IMG/VR virus record: IMGVR_UViG_3300044814_000107
Location: 3,224 to 67,223 of that record
From: a virus
Lineage: Duplodnaviria > Heunggongvirae > Uroviricota > Caudoviricetes
DNA: 64,000 nt
Strand: one strand, 5' to 3'
The position numbers and the translations under genes are program-made. The first letter of the stretch is position 1. Each line of letters starts with the position of its first letter. The notes below the pieces were generated by a model. That model did no database searches, was not told where the DNA came from, and saw only the letters and a program-made list of their open reading frames with translations. This document shows positions 1 through 9,547 of this stretch, piece after piece.

Positions 1-1425
1 TGGCCGCCACCGGCGAAGGTATGGGCCGCGGTTGTATCCGTGATCGCGATGGTGGTCGTTCCAGCGGCGAGCGTCCCCGAGGCGAAGTTCCAGCACGTCG
101 CGTTGACGGCTCCGATCGTGACGTTGTCAGCGAGCGTGAGGGTGCCGCCGACGCACTGGATTACGAGAGCCTGGAGGATGGATACGGCGTTCGTGGTGAG
201 CGTGATTCCCCCCCGCCCTCGGAGGAAGAGGTTCTGGGAACCGCTTGTCGTCATTCCCGTCGCGAGCTTGAAGTCGCCGAAGCAGGAGCCCGCGACGGAA
301 AAGTTGAGGATCGGGCTGCCGGTGCAGGTGCAACTGATCGACCGGCCCATTCGCGGCATGTCCATCGTGACCGTCCGGCCCGCGACGAAAGCGTTCGAGA
401 TGATCACGTCGTCCTGCGGCAGCGGCGCGCGCGATGTCCAGCCGTGCGTGCTCCAGGTGAACGAAGCTGTGCCGGTTGCGGTCTGCGTAGCGGAGGTCGT
501 TGCGTTCGTCGTGACCGCGCCCGCGTTGCCGCCGCAATCACCGATGAAGGAGCCAGTGATGTTCGTCCACAAAGCGCTCCCCGAGTAGGCGAGGTTCATG
601 TCCCAGAAGTCGATGTCGCCGTTGATCGTGTAGTGCGATGCCGTGATCGTGCGCTGCGTCCCGACCGTGTCCGATTGGATAAGGAGCCGGTTAGCGCCGC
701 CCTGAGAGGGGCCGCCGAACACAATCGTCCCGAAGGTCGGGTTACCGGAGAGCGACCAAATCTGAGTCTTGGACGTTCCGCCTGTCCCGTAGACGATCGC
801 GGCGGCCGCAGCCGTCGAGGCAATCGTGATCGTGCCGCCCGCGGTCAGGCCCGAGTTGGCATCGAAGTTCGCGGTGTCGCTCGCCGTCGGCGCGGACGCG
901 CCCGAGGCACCACCCGTCGTTGCTGACCAGTGAGCAGTTGAGGAGTTGTCCCATGTTCCCGTCCCTCCGACCCAGAACCGCGTGACAGCCGCCCCTTCCA
1001 GCCTTGGCGTGAGAACCATCCCGCGCCGCGACTGCGTAAGCAGCGCGAGCCCGTCGCGGACCGTCCTCCGCCACCCGCCAGCCGCTTCGACCGCGCCACG
1101 GAACGCGGCCGGGATAACCGGCCTGACCTCGCGCCGCAGCCGCGCCCTGACCCGAGCTGTCCGCGACGCAGGGGCAGCGAGCGTGATCCGTCCCCCGTCG
1201 GGGAGCCGCAGGCGGCCCGTGTAGCCGCGCAACTCCAGACCAGCGGTCGGCATACCGCGCAGGTCGAGTTGCTCGTGTCCTTCGACATGGCAAACGACGA
1301 CAACGTCGTTGCCTCGGGCGTGGAGGTGGTGGAGCGGCTGGCCGCCCTCCTCCCGCGACCAGTTACGCGGGTCGCGCCACGACGACCCGCCGTGACCGAC
1401 GAGGTAGAGCCGACGCCGCGCCACG
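1..1425 (-). CDS. Gly/Thr/Ala-rich tail fibre-like or minor tail protein; partial, 3' end runs beyond the window start
   Basis: My own translation of the minus-strand frame, which is not in the ORF track because no stop falls inside the window. It is a continuous ORF of more than 470 codons reading ...GTWDNSSTAHWSATTGGASGASAPTASDTANFDANSGLTAGGTITIASTAAAAAIVYGTGGTSKTQIWSLSGNPTFGTIVFGGPSQGGANRLLIQSDTVGTQRTITASHYTINGDIDFWDMNLAYSGSALWTNITGSF... A candidate GTG start near 1423-1425 is preceded by GGAG. The plus-strand ORFs 21..926, 40..588 and 946..1224 are antisense to it. Confidence 0.55.
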
Positions 1426-1435
1426 GCGTCGGCTC

Positions 1436-2018
1436 CTACAACTCCGATGCGGTCAGGCCGTTGACGTTGATCTGCGGCGTGTCGCCATTCGCGACGACCG
1501 TCGACGTGATCGAACCCCAGAAGCGGATGTTCCCCGCCCCGATCGTGGCCGAGTCGAGAACAGCGATGAACGTGCAGGTCGTCGGCCCCGACCCGGCGGC
1601 CGGCCAAGTGATCGCCGTCGCGTTCTGGATGTTCGACCCTCCCGACGACGCCGGGAAGTTCGTCGTGTTCGACGTGACCGTCACGCGGGTATAGCCCGTG
1701 TAGGCCGCCTCCCCCGCCGTCGCGCCCGTCGACGTCTTGTCGAGCGTCGCCGTCCAGAGCGCGAAGAACTGCGACGCCGGCGCGGTCAGCGCGGTCGCGT
1801 TCCACTCCATGTTCAGGACCTTCGTGATCCAGTCGTTCGACTTGCCGGACGCGAAGACGACGAGATCGCGGAGCGACCTGAACCTCGGCCGGAAGACGAG
1901 GACCGCGCCGCCACGGCCGCGGAGGCGGTCACGGATCCGCCGACGGTAGATCGCGCGGTAGTCGAGCCCGTCCGCGCCGTGCCAATCGACCAGTGCCGGG
2001 TCGAGAGCGAATCCGTCC
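1436..2018 (-). CDS. putative minor tail or structural protein with a Thr/Gly/Ala-rich C-terminus
   Basis: Track ORF 1436..2158, trimmed to the internal start MDGFALDPALVDW. Its start overlaps the stop of the upstream gene at 2020. The C-terminal half has fibre-like composition (ITWPAAGSGPTTCTFIAVLDSATIGAGNIRFWGSI). Confidence 0.5.
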
Positions 2019-2019
2019 A

Positions 2020-2490
2020 TTACTGCCCACCTCCCTTGCTGCGGAGCTCGTCGAGGAACGTCTTCATCGGGCCGAGTTCCTCCTCGGTGACGCGGATCCC
2101 GTCCGAGCCGTCCTCGAGGTTGAACGACGCGAACCGCTGGTGCTTGCGGTCGTGCCACGACAGGTCGCCGTCCTCGGCGAGGTAATACGTGCCGCCGTCG
2201 TCGAGGTAGAGCTTCTGGTCCGGAATGTGGAACGGTGCCTCCTCGATTGCGGCGAGCGCTTCCTTCGCGTTCTCGAGCTGGTCGGCGGTGAACTGCCCGC
2301 CCCCGAGCGCGGCCCGCTTCTCCCAGAGCTCGACCTGCGCCTGCACGCCGGCGATGGCGGCCTGCTTCGCGTCAGTGTCCTCGATGACCGAGTAGTGGTA
2401 CCCGCCGTCGAGGAGGCGTCCGTCCGGCCCCTCGACGGTTCCGCCGGGGCTGACGTAGCAGGTAGGACCTTCGTACTTCACTGTCGCCAT
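2020..2490 (-). CDS. hypothetical phage protein
   Basis: Track ORF 2020..2619, trimmed to MATVKYEGPTCYV. A GGAGGGACGA sequence lies immediately 5' of that ATG. The amino-acid composition is protein-like. Confidence 0.55.
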   Translation of the reverse strand: MATVKYEGPTCYVSPGGTVEGPDGRLLDGGYHYSVIEDTDAKQAAIAGVQAQVELWEKRAALGGGQFTADQLENAKEALAAIEEAPFHIPDQKLYLDDGGTYYLAEDGDLSWHDRKHQRFASFNLEDGSDGIRVTEEELGPMKTFLDELRSKGGGQ

Positions 2491-2501
2491 TCGTCCCTCC
2501 T

Positions 2502-3158
2502 CTACGTGACCGGGAAGGTCTGGTAGCCGCAGGCGGCGTCGGGAATCGAGTCGGTGAGGAACCCGCCTCCGAGCTGCTTCGCCTCCTCCGGCAGGTCTCC
2601 GAAGATCCCGAGGCCCCACTCGCTGTTACCGCGAGAGAAGCCGCTCATCTTCGGCTGGTTGAAGTCGTTCTGGAGCGTGTCGGCCCCGACCGACCAGAAC
2701 GAGGACGGCCAGATCCAGTGGACGAACGGGAACGTCGCGTCCTGCCGGTCCTCGTTCCATCCCGTCTGCCAGCCCTCGAAGCAGACGTTCGGCTGCGCCG
2801 CGACGGAACAGTCGAAGGCGTTGTCGTTGAACCAGTGCCCGATCAGGTCACCGCCCGACAGGATCGCGGACGACCCGGTGAGCATCTCGAACAGGCCCCA
2901 CTCGAGCGCCGCGAGGTCGAGCTCGAAGTCGAACCGCTTCAGCTTGTCGAAGCCGCGGTACGTGGCGATGATGCAGTCGCAGCCGCCGATCAGGTCGGAG
3001 TCCTTGCCCGCGACGTACACGGGGGTGACGCCGAGCTGGATCGGCTTGTCCGAGACGTAGACGTTGTTCGGCCCGCTCATCGGCGAGCCGTCGTCGTTCA
3101 GACGGGTTGCCCTTACGCGGCACAAATGGATGGCCGCGAGGCACTCGTTTACAGCCAT
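2502..3158 (-). CDS. hypothetical virion-associated protein
   Basis: An AGGAGGTAAAGCG sequence lies 5' of the ATG at 3158. The 218-aa product is Trp-rich and protein-like. Confidence 0.6.
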   Translation of the reverse strand: MAVNECLAAIHLCRVRATRLNDDGSPMSGPNNVYVSDKPIQLGVTPVYVAGKDSDLIGGCDCIIATYRGFDKLKRFDFELDLAALEWGLFEMLTGSSAILSGGDLIGHWFNDNAFDCSVAAQPNVCFEGWQTGWNEDRQDATFPFVHWIWPSSFWSVGADTLQNDFNQPKMSGFSRGNSEWGLGIFGDLPEEAKQLGGGFLTDSIPDAACGYQTFPVT

Positions 3159-3243
3159 CGCTTTACCTCCTGGTTATGCCGGCGTTCCGGCTGATTTCCA
3201 ACGAGTCCGACCGACCCGTCAGCGAAAAGCGCGAGGGCGTTCA

Positions 3244-4272
3244 TCAGGAGCACCCCGTCATGCAGCGGTCGGCGAGAACCGCGACTTGGAGTTCCGTGTC
3301 CCACGTCGCTAGGGCATAGCGCTCGGCCCGGTACGTGATTCGGTTCGGGCGGCCGGTCGTCGCGCTGTCCGGGGTGCCGCGGTCGAGCGCCTGCTCGACC
3401 GTGTCCGGAACGACGAAAATCTCTGAGAGGCGGATGTCGACGGGGCCGGTCGCGTAAACCCACTCCTGCGTCCCGGTCGGTGCCCCGTGGCCGTGCGGAG
3501 TCGAGCCGGCGGCATAACCAGCGTCGGGGATGACGACGTTGCCGTTGATCGTCCGGATGACGCCGCCCTTGTTGTCGACCGTGAAGCGCTCGCGCAGCGC
3601 GGTCGCGAACTGCGGCGAGCAGTGGATGATCCCGAACCTCTCGCTGAGCCCGATCTGCTTCTCGAGCAGCGCGAGCGCGTTCGCTGCGCTCGTCGCTGTA
3701 TCGCCGGTCGGGAAGATGCAGTTCGAGTTCGCGTCCGACAGGTGCGGAGACAGCGGATCGGCCTCGCCGAACATGAGCTGCCGGGCGAGCGCCGCCGACT
3801 GCACGGCGGTCAGCGCAACGACCGCGCGCGCCTTGAAAGCCCCTTGGTCCCAGACCTTCGACGACGCGCAGGTCTCGGCGATGTAGAGCGTCGTCGCGGA
3901 GAACTGCGGATGCTCGAGATCGGTGCCGAAGTCCTTCTCTCCCGGGCCCGCCGTTTCCGCGTTCGAGTTACACGGCTCGTAGAGCTGGCCTTGGCCAGCG
4001 GGGTAGGGGTAGACGTCGACGCCGTTGAGCCAGCGAATATCGCCGGTAGTAGCGGGGAGGCTCCCCTCGGCCTGTAGCCGAGCGATCGCCTCGTCCATCG
4101 TCTCGCCGGTCGAGGAGAGGTCGTTCAGGTCTTCCGTCCCGTCAGCGGTGTCGACGATGATCCGAACGCCGGCCGCTGGAGCTGAGGCGGCCTGGATCAG
4201 GCCGTAGATCGGTGGGATGGGAGGAGGGCCGTCGATCCTCTCGAGCGGCCCATACCCGACTTGATTAGCCAC
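3244..4272 (-). CDS. putative HK97-fold major capsid protein
   Basis: The 342-aa product has a C-terminal region typical of HK97-like capsid proteins (GGVIRTINGNVVIPDAGY...GPVDIRLSEIFVVPD...NRITYRAERYALATWDTELQVAVLAD). Confidence 0.5.
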   Translation of the reverse strand: MANQVGYGPLERIDGPPPIPPIYGLIQAASAPAAGVRIIVDTADGTEDLNDLSSTGETMDEAIARLQAEGSLPATTGDIRWLNGVDVYPYPAGQGQLYEPCNSNAETAGPGEKDFGTDLEHPQFSATTLYIAETCASSKVWDQGAFKARAVVALTAVQSAALARQLMFGEADPLSPHLSDANSNCIFPTGDTATSAANALALLEKQIGLSERFGIIHCSPQFATALRERFTVDNKGGVIRTINGNVVIPDAGYAAGSTPHGHGAPTGTQEWVYATGPVDIRLSEIFVVPDTVEQALDRGTPDSATTGRPNRITYRAERYALATWDTELQVAVLADRCMTGCS

Positions 4273-4314
4273 GGTCCCTCCTCCCTCGTCCCAGTTCTCT
4301 CAGGTCTCCTCGGG

Positions 4315-6060
4315 TTAGCTCGTCGACCCGTAGGAGTACGGGCAGGCCGGGTTGTGCGTACCGGCCGTGATCCCCGTGTCGCACAGGGCCGAGATGACCG
4401 CGAGCGACTCGACGCCGATGAAGGCCACGTTCTCGAACGACTCGCCGAAAATCTCGAAGTCGTTCGTCGAGTTCAGGACCGAGTCGCGGACGAGGCCGAG
4501 CTCGAGCGTGCCGCCGTCGAGGTACAGGAACGACCCCTCGGGGAAGAGGTACCAGACGACGTCCGTCGGGAAGGTCTCGAGGTTCCCCGCGTTCTGGACG
4601 TCGAACTCCTGATGCCGGTTCGCGGCCGAGTCGATGTAGAACGTCGGCTCGACGCCGCCGGCGCGCAGCAGCGCGACGAACTTGTCCTGCGTCATCTCGA
4701 ACCGCTGGAACTGCGAGCGGTAGACGTCGGAGACGAGCAGGTCGAGGACCCACATCGGGAGCATGACGCGAAGGACGGCCCCCGGGTCCATGCGGTGCCT
4801 CGACCGCATTCCGGCCGCAGCGACGAGGATCTGCGAGAGCAGGCTCGCCGAGGCGCCGAGGCCGAGGCTGTCGGCGGTGACGGCCGTCGAGTTCGAGTCG
4901 ATGCCCGTCAGGAGCATCCTCTCCGCGAGGCGCGCGTGCGCCGCGAGGACGAGGTTGTTCCACTGCGCGACGCGCTCGGGGAAGGTGCGGGCACCGAGGT
5001 TCCCGAAGCGCAGGCAGTGGTAGAGGATCTCGACGTCGGTCTCGGTGAAGGCCGGACAGTCGACCGACTGGCAGGTCTTCGTCGCTCCCGCGGCGTCCTG
5101 GCCCGCCGTGAGCTGGCCGACGCCCGTCGTGATCGCCGAGAGCGCCGCCGGGCGAGCCGCCCGGATGCCGCCCCTGTCGGCGTTGAACGCCGGCAGCGCC
5201 GCGCGCACGGGGCGCTCGGCGACGGAGATCATCTGGAGGTTGTAGTACGGCGTCACCGGGGCGCAGAGGCCCCCGGACGCGACGAGCGACCCGCCGGACT
5301 GCTTCCGGCGCAGCTCGAAGTTCGACCGGATCTCGTGGTCGCTGACGACCGCAGCGATCAGAGCGGCCGTCGCCTCTTCGTCGAGGCCGATGAGCTTCCG
5401 GTCCTCGGGGTAGAGGTCGGACCAGTTGGCGACGGCGATCGAAACGTTGTCGGCGCCCTCCGGCATGTTGTCACCGAAGGAGCGGCGCCGCGAGATCATC
5501 GTGCGCGCGACGTCGGCCATCGACTCGAACGTCGAACCGAGCGACCTGTCGCCCGCCCCGGCAGCGGCGGTGAGCGGCACCATCGCCACCGACTCGACCG
5601 GCGCGGCCGCCCTTGAGCGTGCCGGGGCCGTGCCGCGACGCCGCGTGGCGCTCGCGGTGACCGCCTCGGGCTCCGCCGCGCCCTCCGCGGCGAGTGCGGC
5701 GATCTCCGCCGCTGCGGCCTCCGCCTCGGCGGGGACCTCGTCGCCCTCGGCGGGGACCTCGTCGCCCTCGGCGGGCGTCTCCTCGGCGGGGACCTCGTCG
5801 CCCTCGGCCGGGACCTCGTCGCCCTCGGCGGCGGGCTCTTCCGCCTCGAACGCGGCGGCGAGCGAACGCGCCTCCTTGACGGCCGCGATGGCCGTCTCGA
5901 CCTCGGCCTTGAGCTGCTCGTACGGCCGCTGGTCGGTCACGAACTCCGCCGGCGACTCGCTTACCTCGGAGAGGCGTGCGGTCGCGGCGTCGATGAAACT
6001 CTGGAGCCCGGCGGCATCGAGTGCGCCGAGGTCCTCCGGAATCTGGAAAAGCGGGTCCAT
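4315..6060 (-). CDS. capsid/scaffold-like structural protein with an N-terminal acidic coiled-coil repeat domain
   Basis: Track ORF 4315..6390, trimmed to MDPLFQIPEDL, where GAGGAGG precedes the ATG. The N-terminus carries AEGDEVP heptad repeats. The C-terminal ~330 aa are capsid-like (DFEIFGESFENVAFIGVESLAVISAL). Confidence 0.5.
   Translation of the reverse strand: MDPLFQIPEDLGALDAAGLQSFIDAATARLSEVSESPAEFVTDQRPYEQLKAEVETAIAAVKEARSLAAAFEAEEPAAEGDEVPAEGDEVPAEETPAEGDEVPAEGDEVPAEAEAAAAEIAALAAEGAAEPEAVTASATRRRGTAPARSRAAAPVESVAMVPLTAAAGAGDRSLGSTFESMADVARTMISRRRSFGDNMPEGADNVSIAVANWSDLYPEDRKLIGLDEEATAALIAAVVSDHEIRSNFELRRKQSGGSLVASGGLCAPVTPYYNLQMISVAERPVRAALPAFNADRGGIRAARPAALSAITTGVGQLTAGQDAAGATKTCQSVDCPAFTETDVEILYHCLRFGNLGARTFPERVAQWNNLVLAAHARLAERMLLTGIDSNSTAVTADSLGLGASASLLSQILVAAAGMRSRHRMDPGAVLRVMLPMWVLDLLVSDVYRSQFQRFEMTQDKFVALLRAGGVEPTFYIDSAANRHQEFDVQNAGNLETFPTDVVWYLFPEGSFLYLDGGTLELGLVRDSVLNSTNDFEIFGESFENVAFIGVESLAVISALCDTGITAGTHNPACPYSYGSTS
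5738..5830. repeat. tandem 21-bp repeats, at least 4 copies
   Basis: ggggacctcgtcgccctcggc is repeated in tandem. On the minus strand this encodes (P)AEGDEVP repeats inside the 4315..6060 CDS. Confidence 0.7.
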
Positions 6061-6440
6061 CTGCGAAGCCTCCTCTGCTGAACGCAGGACTGAGTTGGGT
6101 CGTGCTGACTCGGTTCGGCGCTCGGCGGCTATGTCGCCTCGCTGACGGGGAGCAACTCTGTCGCTCGATCCGGTAGCGGGAGTAAAGCACGGGCTATCCG
6201 TCGCGCCTCCGTCTCCCCGCGGGGGTATGCTCCTCGGCCGTGATCCCCGTCCTCGTTCTGAACCATTGCGTCGCGAACTCGGCCTTCGAGCCGAAGGGTC
6301 GCTGGACGGCCGAGGACGGCCGGATCGAGTCGGGCCGAACCGAACAACGGGATCTCTGCGAGGGAAGTAGGCGGCGGGCGCAGAGGCCAACAGCGCTGCT
6401 CGCGCTCACCCTGTCCTAACCCACCCGAAGGAGGCCACGA

Positions 6441-6692
6441 ATGGTCACTCGCTCCGGGGCGGGGCGGGGCCTTCGGAGCTTCCGACTCACCGACGTTCCG
6501 CAGGGCATCCGTTCCGCCGCCCTCGACAATCTGCTTCGTACTGAAGGCTCGAGCGACGGGATGCTCGTGCCGTCGTTCAGCCTGTCCGAGCGGATCGCGC
6601 TCGGCATCGCCGCCGACCGGCCGAGCGACCGCGTCTACTGGGTCTCGGCTGAGGCGTGGGAGAAGGCGTCGAAGAAGCGGAGCTGGCGATGA
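6441..6692 (+). CDS. hypothetical small protein
   Basis: AAGGAGG precedes the ATG. The stop overlaps the RNase H start (ATGA). This is a plus-strand pair inside minus-strand territory. Confidence 0.45.
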   Translation: MVTRSGAGRGLRSFRLTDVPQGIRSAALDNLLRTEGSSDGMLVPSFSLSERIALGIAADRPSDRVYWVSAEAWEKASKKRSWR

Positions 6693-7297
6693 CGACGTGG
6701 GAGGTGTGGACCGACGGGTCGTGCAAGTGCGTCGGCGACGGCTCGAGGGGAGATACTCCGAAGGGCGGTGTGGGCTTCGGCGGATGGGCCGCGATCGTCG
6801 AGCACGGCAGCGACGGGTTCGTCCTGCGCGGCCGAGAGTCGGAGACGACGAACGTCGAGATGGAGCTCCGAGCGATGATCGAGGGTCTGCGCGAGGTCGC
6901 CGACGGCGAGCGCGTCATCCTGCATACGGACTCGACCGTGGCGCTGGCGGTGCGCGAACGCTGGCAGCGCGAGGATCGGCTTCCACATCGCCCGGGCGTG
7001 CATCGGAACGGCCGACCGATCCACTGGAAGCTCTGGCTCGAGCTGATGGCCGAGTACGACCGCGTCGACGTCGAGGTTCGGCTCATCGGCAAGGGGCCGA
7101 ACGCCGTCCACTCCCGCGCGCACGCCTACGCCGGCGCGGAGGCTAAGGCGGGAGCGGGGAATCTGCCGAGACACCTCGTCCCGCTCGACGAGGCCGACCG
7201 GCGAATCCTCGGCGAGCGGTTCCGCCGCGACGTACGCGCGTGGCGGGACCGCCAGAACCAAACGACGGCGCGTCCGCTCCCTAGCTCGACCAGTTGA
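6689..7297 (+). CDS. ribonuclease HI
   Basis: The product shows the RNase H catalytic motifs: EVWTDGSC, TTNVEMELRAMIEGL and ILHTDSTVA. Track ORF 6656..7297 was trimmed to MTTWEV. Confidence 0.8.
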   Translation: MTTWEVWTDGSCKCVGDGSRGDTPKGGVGFGGWAAIVEHGSDGFVLRGRESETTNVEMELRAMIEGLREVADGERVILHTDSTVALAVRERWQREDRLPHRPGVHRNGRPIHWKLWLELMAEYDRVDVEVRLIGKGPNAVHSRAHAYAGAEAKAGAGNLPRHLVPLDEADRRILGERFRRDVRAWRDRQNQTTARPLPSSTS

Positions 7298-7952
7298 TCG
7301 CGGTCGCGTCGCAGCCGTAGTCGGGGTCGTCACCGATGAAGAAGTAGGCGCGCCGGTGGGGGTCGAGGCCGTCGCCGACGCGCCTGTTCCCGTTCATCAC
7401 GGAAGGCTCGGTATCGGGATGCTCGACGAGCGAGGGGACAGACGCGAGCATCGGCGTCTTGATCTGCGCGAGGAACCGGCCGACGATCTCGTCGTCCGCC
7501 GACCACGGGCGAGCCAGATTCGCGGCGTCGTACCAGGCGAGCAGACGGGCAGCGAGCTCGGCGGGCCACAGGCTCGCGACGACCGGCGCCCACGTCCCGA
7601 GCGGCAGTTCCGCCCACGCCGCGCCGGCGACGCGAGCCCGGTAGATCGCGTTCGTGTACGAGGTCGGCTTGCCGGGGACGAAGAAGGCGAGCGGCCGGTC
7701 TGGCCTCGCGGCAGCCGCCATCTCGACGCCCTCGAGCAGTCGGCCGCAGATCAGAACGTCCTCCTGCAGGATAAGGACGCTCCCTGCGTCCTCGCTCAGG
7801 CCGCGCTCTAGGCAGGCTCGGTAGGTCCGCCACGGAGACCGATGCGGAGAATCGGGGTCTGGGTCGTAGACAATCTCCGCCTCGCCGAGGCACTCGAGTA
7901 GTCCCTCGGCGAGGTCAGAGCGGGCAGGGTGCGCCTGGATCAGGCACTTCAC
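7281..7952 (-). CDS. hypothetical protein
   Basis: Track ORF 7281..8279, trimmed to the GTG (VKCLIQAHP) that overlaps the stop of the AAA ATPase gene as GTGA. The region upstream of that GTG in the same frame is Arg-rich and looks like noise. Confidence 0.45.
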   Translation of the reverse strand: MKCLIQAHPARSDLAEGLLECLGEAEIVYDPDPDSPHRSPWRTYRACLERGLSEDAGSVLILQEDVLICGRLLEGVEMAAAARPDRPLAFFVPGKPTSYTNAIYRARVAGAAWAELPLGTWAPVVASLWPAELAARLLAWYDAANLARPWSADDEIVGRFLAQIKTPMLASVPSLVEHPDTEPSVMNGNRRVGDGLDPHRRAYFFIGDDPDYGCDATAINWSS

Positions 7953-9544
7953 GCGCGACGTGCGAGCGCGAGCGCGCCGTCGATCGCGTCGAACGCTCGC
8001 TCGGCGAGCGACGCACGCGGAGCCTTGAACCCCAGCGCGGTGGGCCGAATCGCGAGCGGCCGGGTAGCGAGCGCCAGGACGCGCTCGTACGCCTCCTCCG
8101 ACCCTGGTACCGGCCAGACCTGCTCCCAGCCTTCGCCCTCGGGGGTGTTCGCCTCGGAGTCGCAGTCGAAGTTCTCGACGCCGTCGATCGCGAGGAACGC
8201 GGCCTCGGCCGCGTCGTGCTCGTCGTTCGACGTCCAGTCGGCGTGGTTCCAGAAGACCGCCTTCGCCTCGGCGTTCCACGAGGTCTCGCCGTAGCCGCCC
8301 TCAGGCGCGTGCTCGCTCGCGACCGCTTGGATCGCGGAAACGACATCGGTAGCCGCGGCAGCGGTGAGAGCCTCTTCCTCGGCCGGCTCATCGACAGGCT
8401 CGAGCGGCGCCGCTCCCTCGCCGACGTCCGCGTAGAGCTCCGCGAGCGTCGTCCCCGTAGCCGGTTCGCTCCCGAGCCACTCCGCCGCCTCCTCATCCGT
8501 CATCGGAGAGAAGACGATCTGCGAGGCGCACCGGCCGGGTCTGCGGACTGCCGCGTTCAGTTCGCCGAGCTCGTCGTTCGTCGTCACGAGAACGAGGACG
8601 CGGAGTCCCTGCCCGATCAGACCGTCGACGACGTTCAGGAGCCGCGAGAGACCCTGCCCGTACTTCTCCTTCGCGCCGGCCGAAAGCAGTTCGCCGGTGT
8701 CCTCGAGGATCAGGACGCGCCACTTCCCCTCGGGGGCCGCCTCAGAGACGACATCCCCGCCGGGCTCGCTGAGCGCCTCGTACGAGTCGGAGAGAAGGAC
8801 TTCGACCATGTAGGACGCGCTCTCGACGAAGAAGGCGTCCGGGTCGGTGATGTAGTGGAACTCTGCCCAGGGGAGCCACTCCGAGACGAGCGCGCGCAGC
8901 GCCCACGTCTTCCCCGTTCCTGGGGGTCCCTGCCAGAGCAGGAGCAGGCCACCCTTCCCCGGCTCGAACGACCGCATGACGCCGTCGAGTTCGTCGCGGA
9001 CGACCGCCGAGTAGTTGCGGCTGATCGTGTCCCAAGGGGAGGCGTCGATCATCCGGAGCCGACGCTCCGGCCCGTACTTGCCGTGCATCCAGAACGTGAC
9101 TGGGACGCGGTCGTCGGTCGCGTCAAGATAGGTCGCCGGGTAGAGCGTCTGGAACATCGACATCGACTGCTGGACCGATGCCGTCGACGCGCCGGCCAGC
9201 GTCGCGCCTGCCCAGCCCGAGCAGACCTTGACGAGCGCGAGCGTCCCGTCGGGAAGCCGGTAGAACGCTTGGCTGCCCTCCCGAAACAGTTCGCCGCGAA
9301 CGCCGCCGACGAAGTGGCCGTCGTACGGCCAGCTCCCCGAGTCGATCGTCGTGAGGCCGGACTCCATGACCGCCGCCTGAAAGAGGCGGTGCGCGTGTCC
9401 CCCGTAGAGCATGTCGTACGTCGGGAGAAGCCCAGGCGCGCCAGCGGCGACGAGAGCCTGCTCGAGCGCCGCCGCTCGAGGCGAGACGAAGGCGTCCGGC
9501 ACGCGCAGGGGCGCGTACCGGAGCTTGGCGCGTCCGCGCGGCAC
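7949..9544 (-). CDS. AAA+ ATPase
   Basis: A Walker A motif (GPPGTGKT), a Walker B-like motif (RVLILEDTGE) and a sensor-2-like motif (RRPGRCASQ) are present. The GTG start lies 3 nt after the stop of the upstream 812-aa gene. Confidence 0.8.
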   Translation of the reverse strand: MPRGRAKLRYAPLRVPDAFVSPRAAALEQALVAAGAPGLLPTYDMLYGGHAHRLFQAAVMESGLTTIDSGSWPYDGHFVGGVRGELFREGSQAFYRLPDGTLALVKVCSGWAGATLAGASTASVQQSMSMFQTLYPATYLDATDDRVPVTFWMHGKYGPERRLRMIDASPWDTISRNYSAVVRDELDGVMRSFEPGKGGLLLLWQGPPGTGKTWALRALVSEWLPWAEFHYITDPDAFFVESASYMVEVLLSDSYEALSEPGGDVVSEAAPEGKWRVLILEDTGELLSAGAKEKYGQGLSRLLNVVDGLIGQGLRVLVLVTTNDELGELNAAVRRPGRCASQIVFSPMTDEEAAEWLGSEPATGTTLAELYADVGEGAAPLEPVDEPAEEEALTAAAATDVVSAIQAVASEHAPEGGYGETSWNAEAKAVFWNHADWTSNDEHDAAEAAFLAIDGVENFDCDSEANTPEGEGWEQVWPVPGSEEAYERVLALATRPLAIRPTALGFKAPRASLAERAFDAIDGALALARRA

Positions 9545-9547
9545 GGC

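Noticed and set aside
21-1694. Plus-strand ORFs 21..926, 40..588, 946..1224 and 1269..1694
   Set aside because: They are Arg/Pro-rich and antisense to a convincing minus-strand fibre-like gene and its upstream neighbour. This is typical high-GC frame noise.
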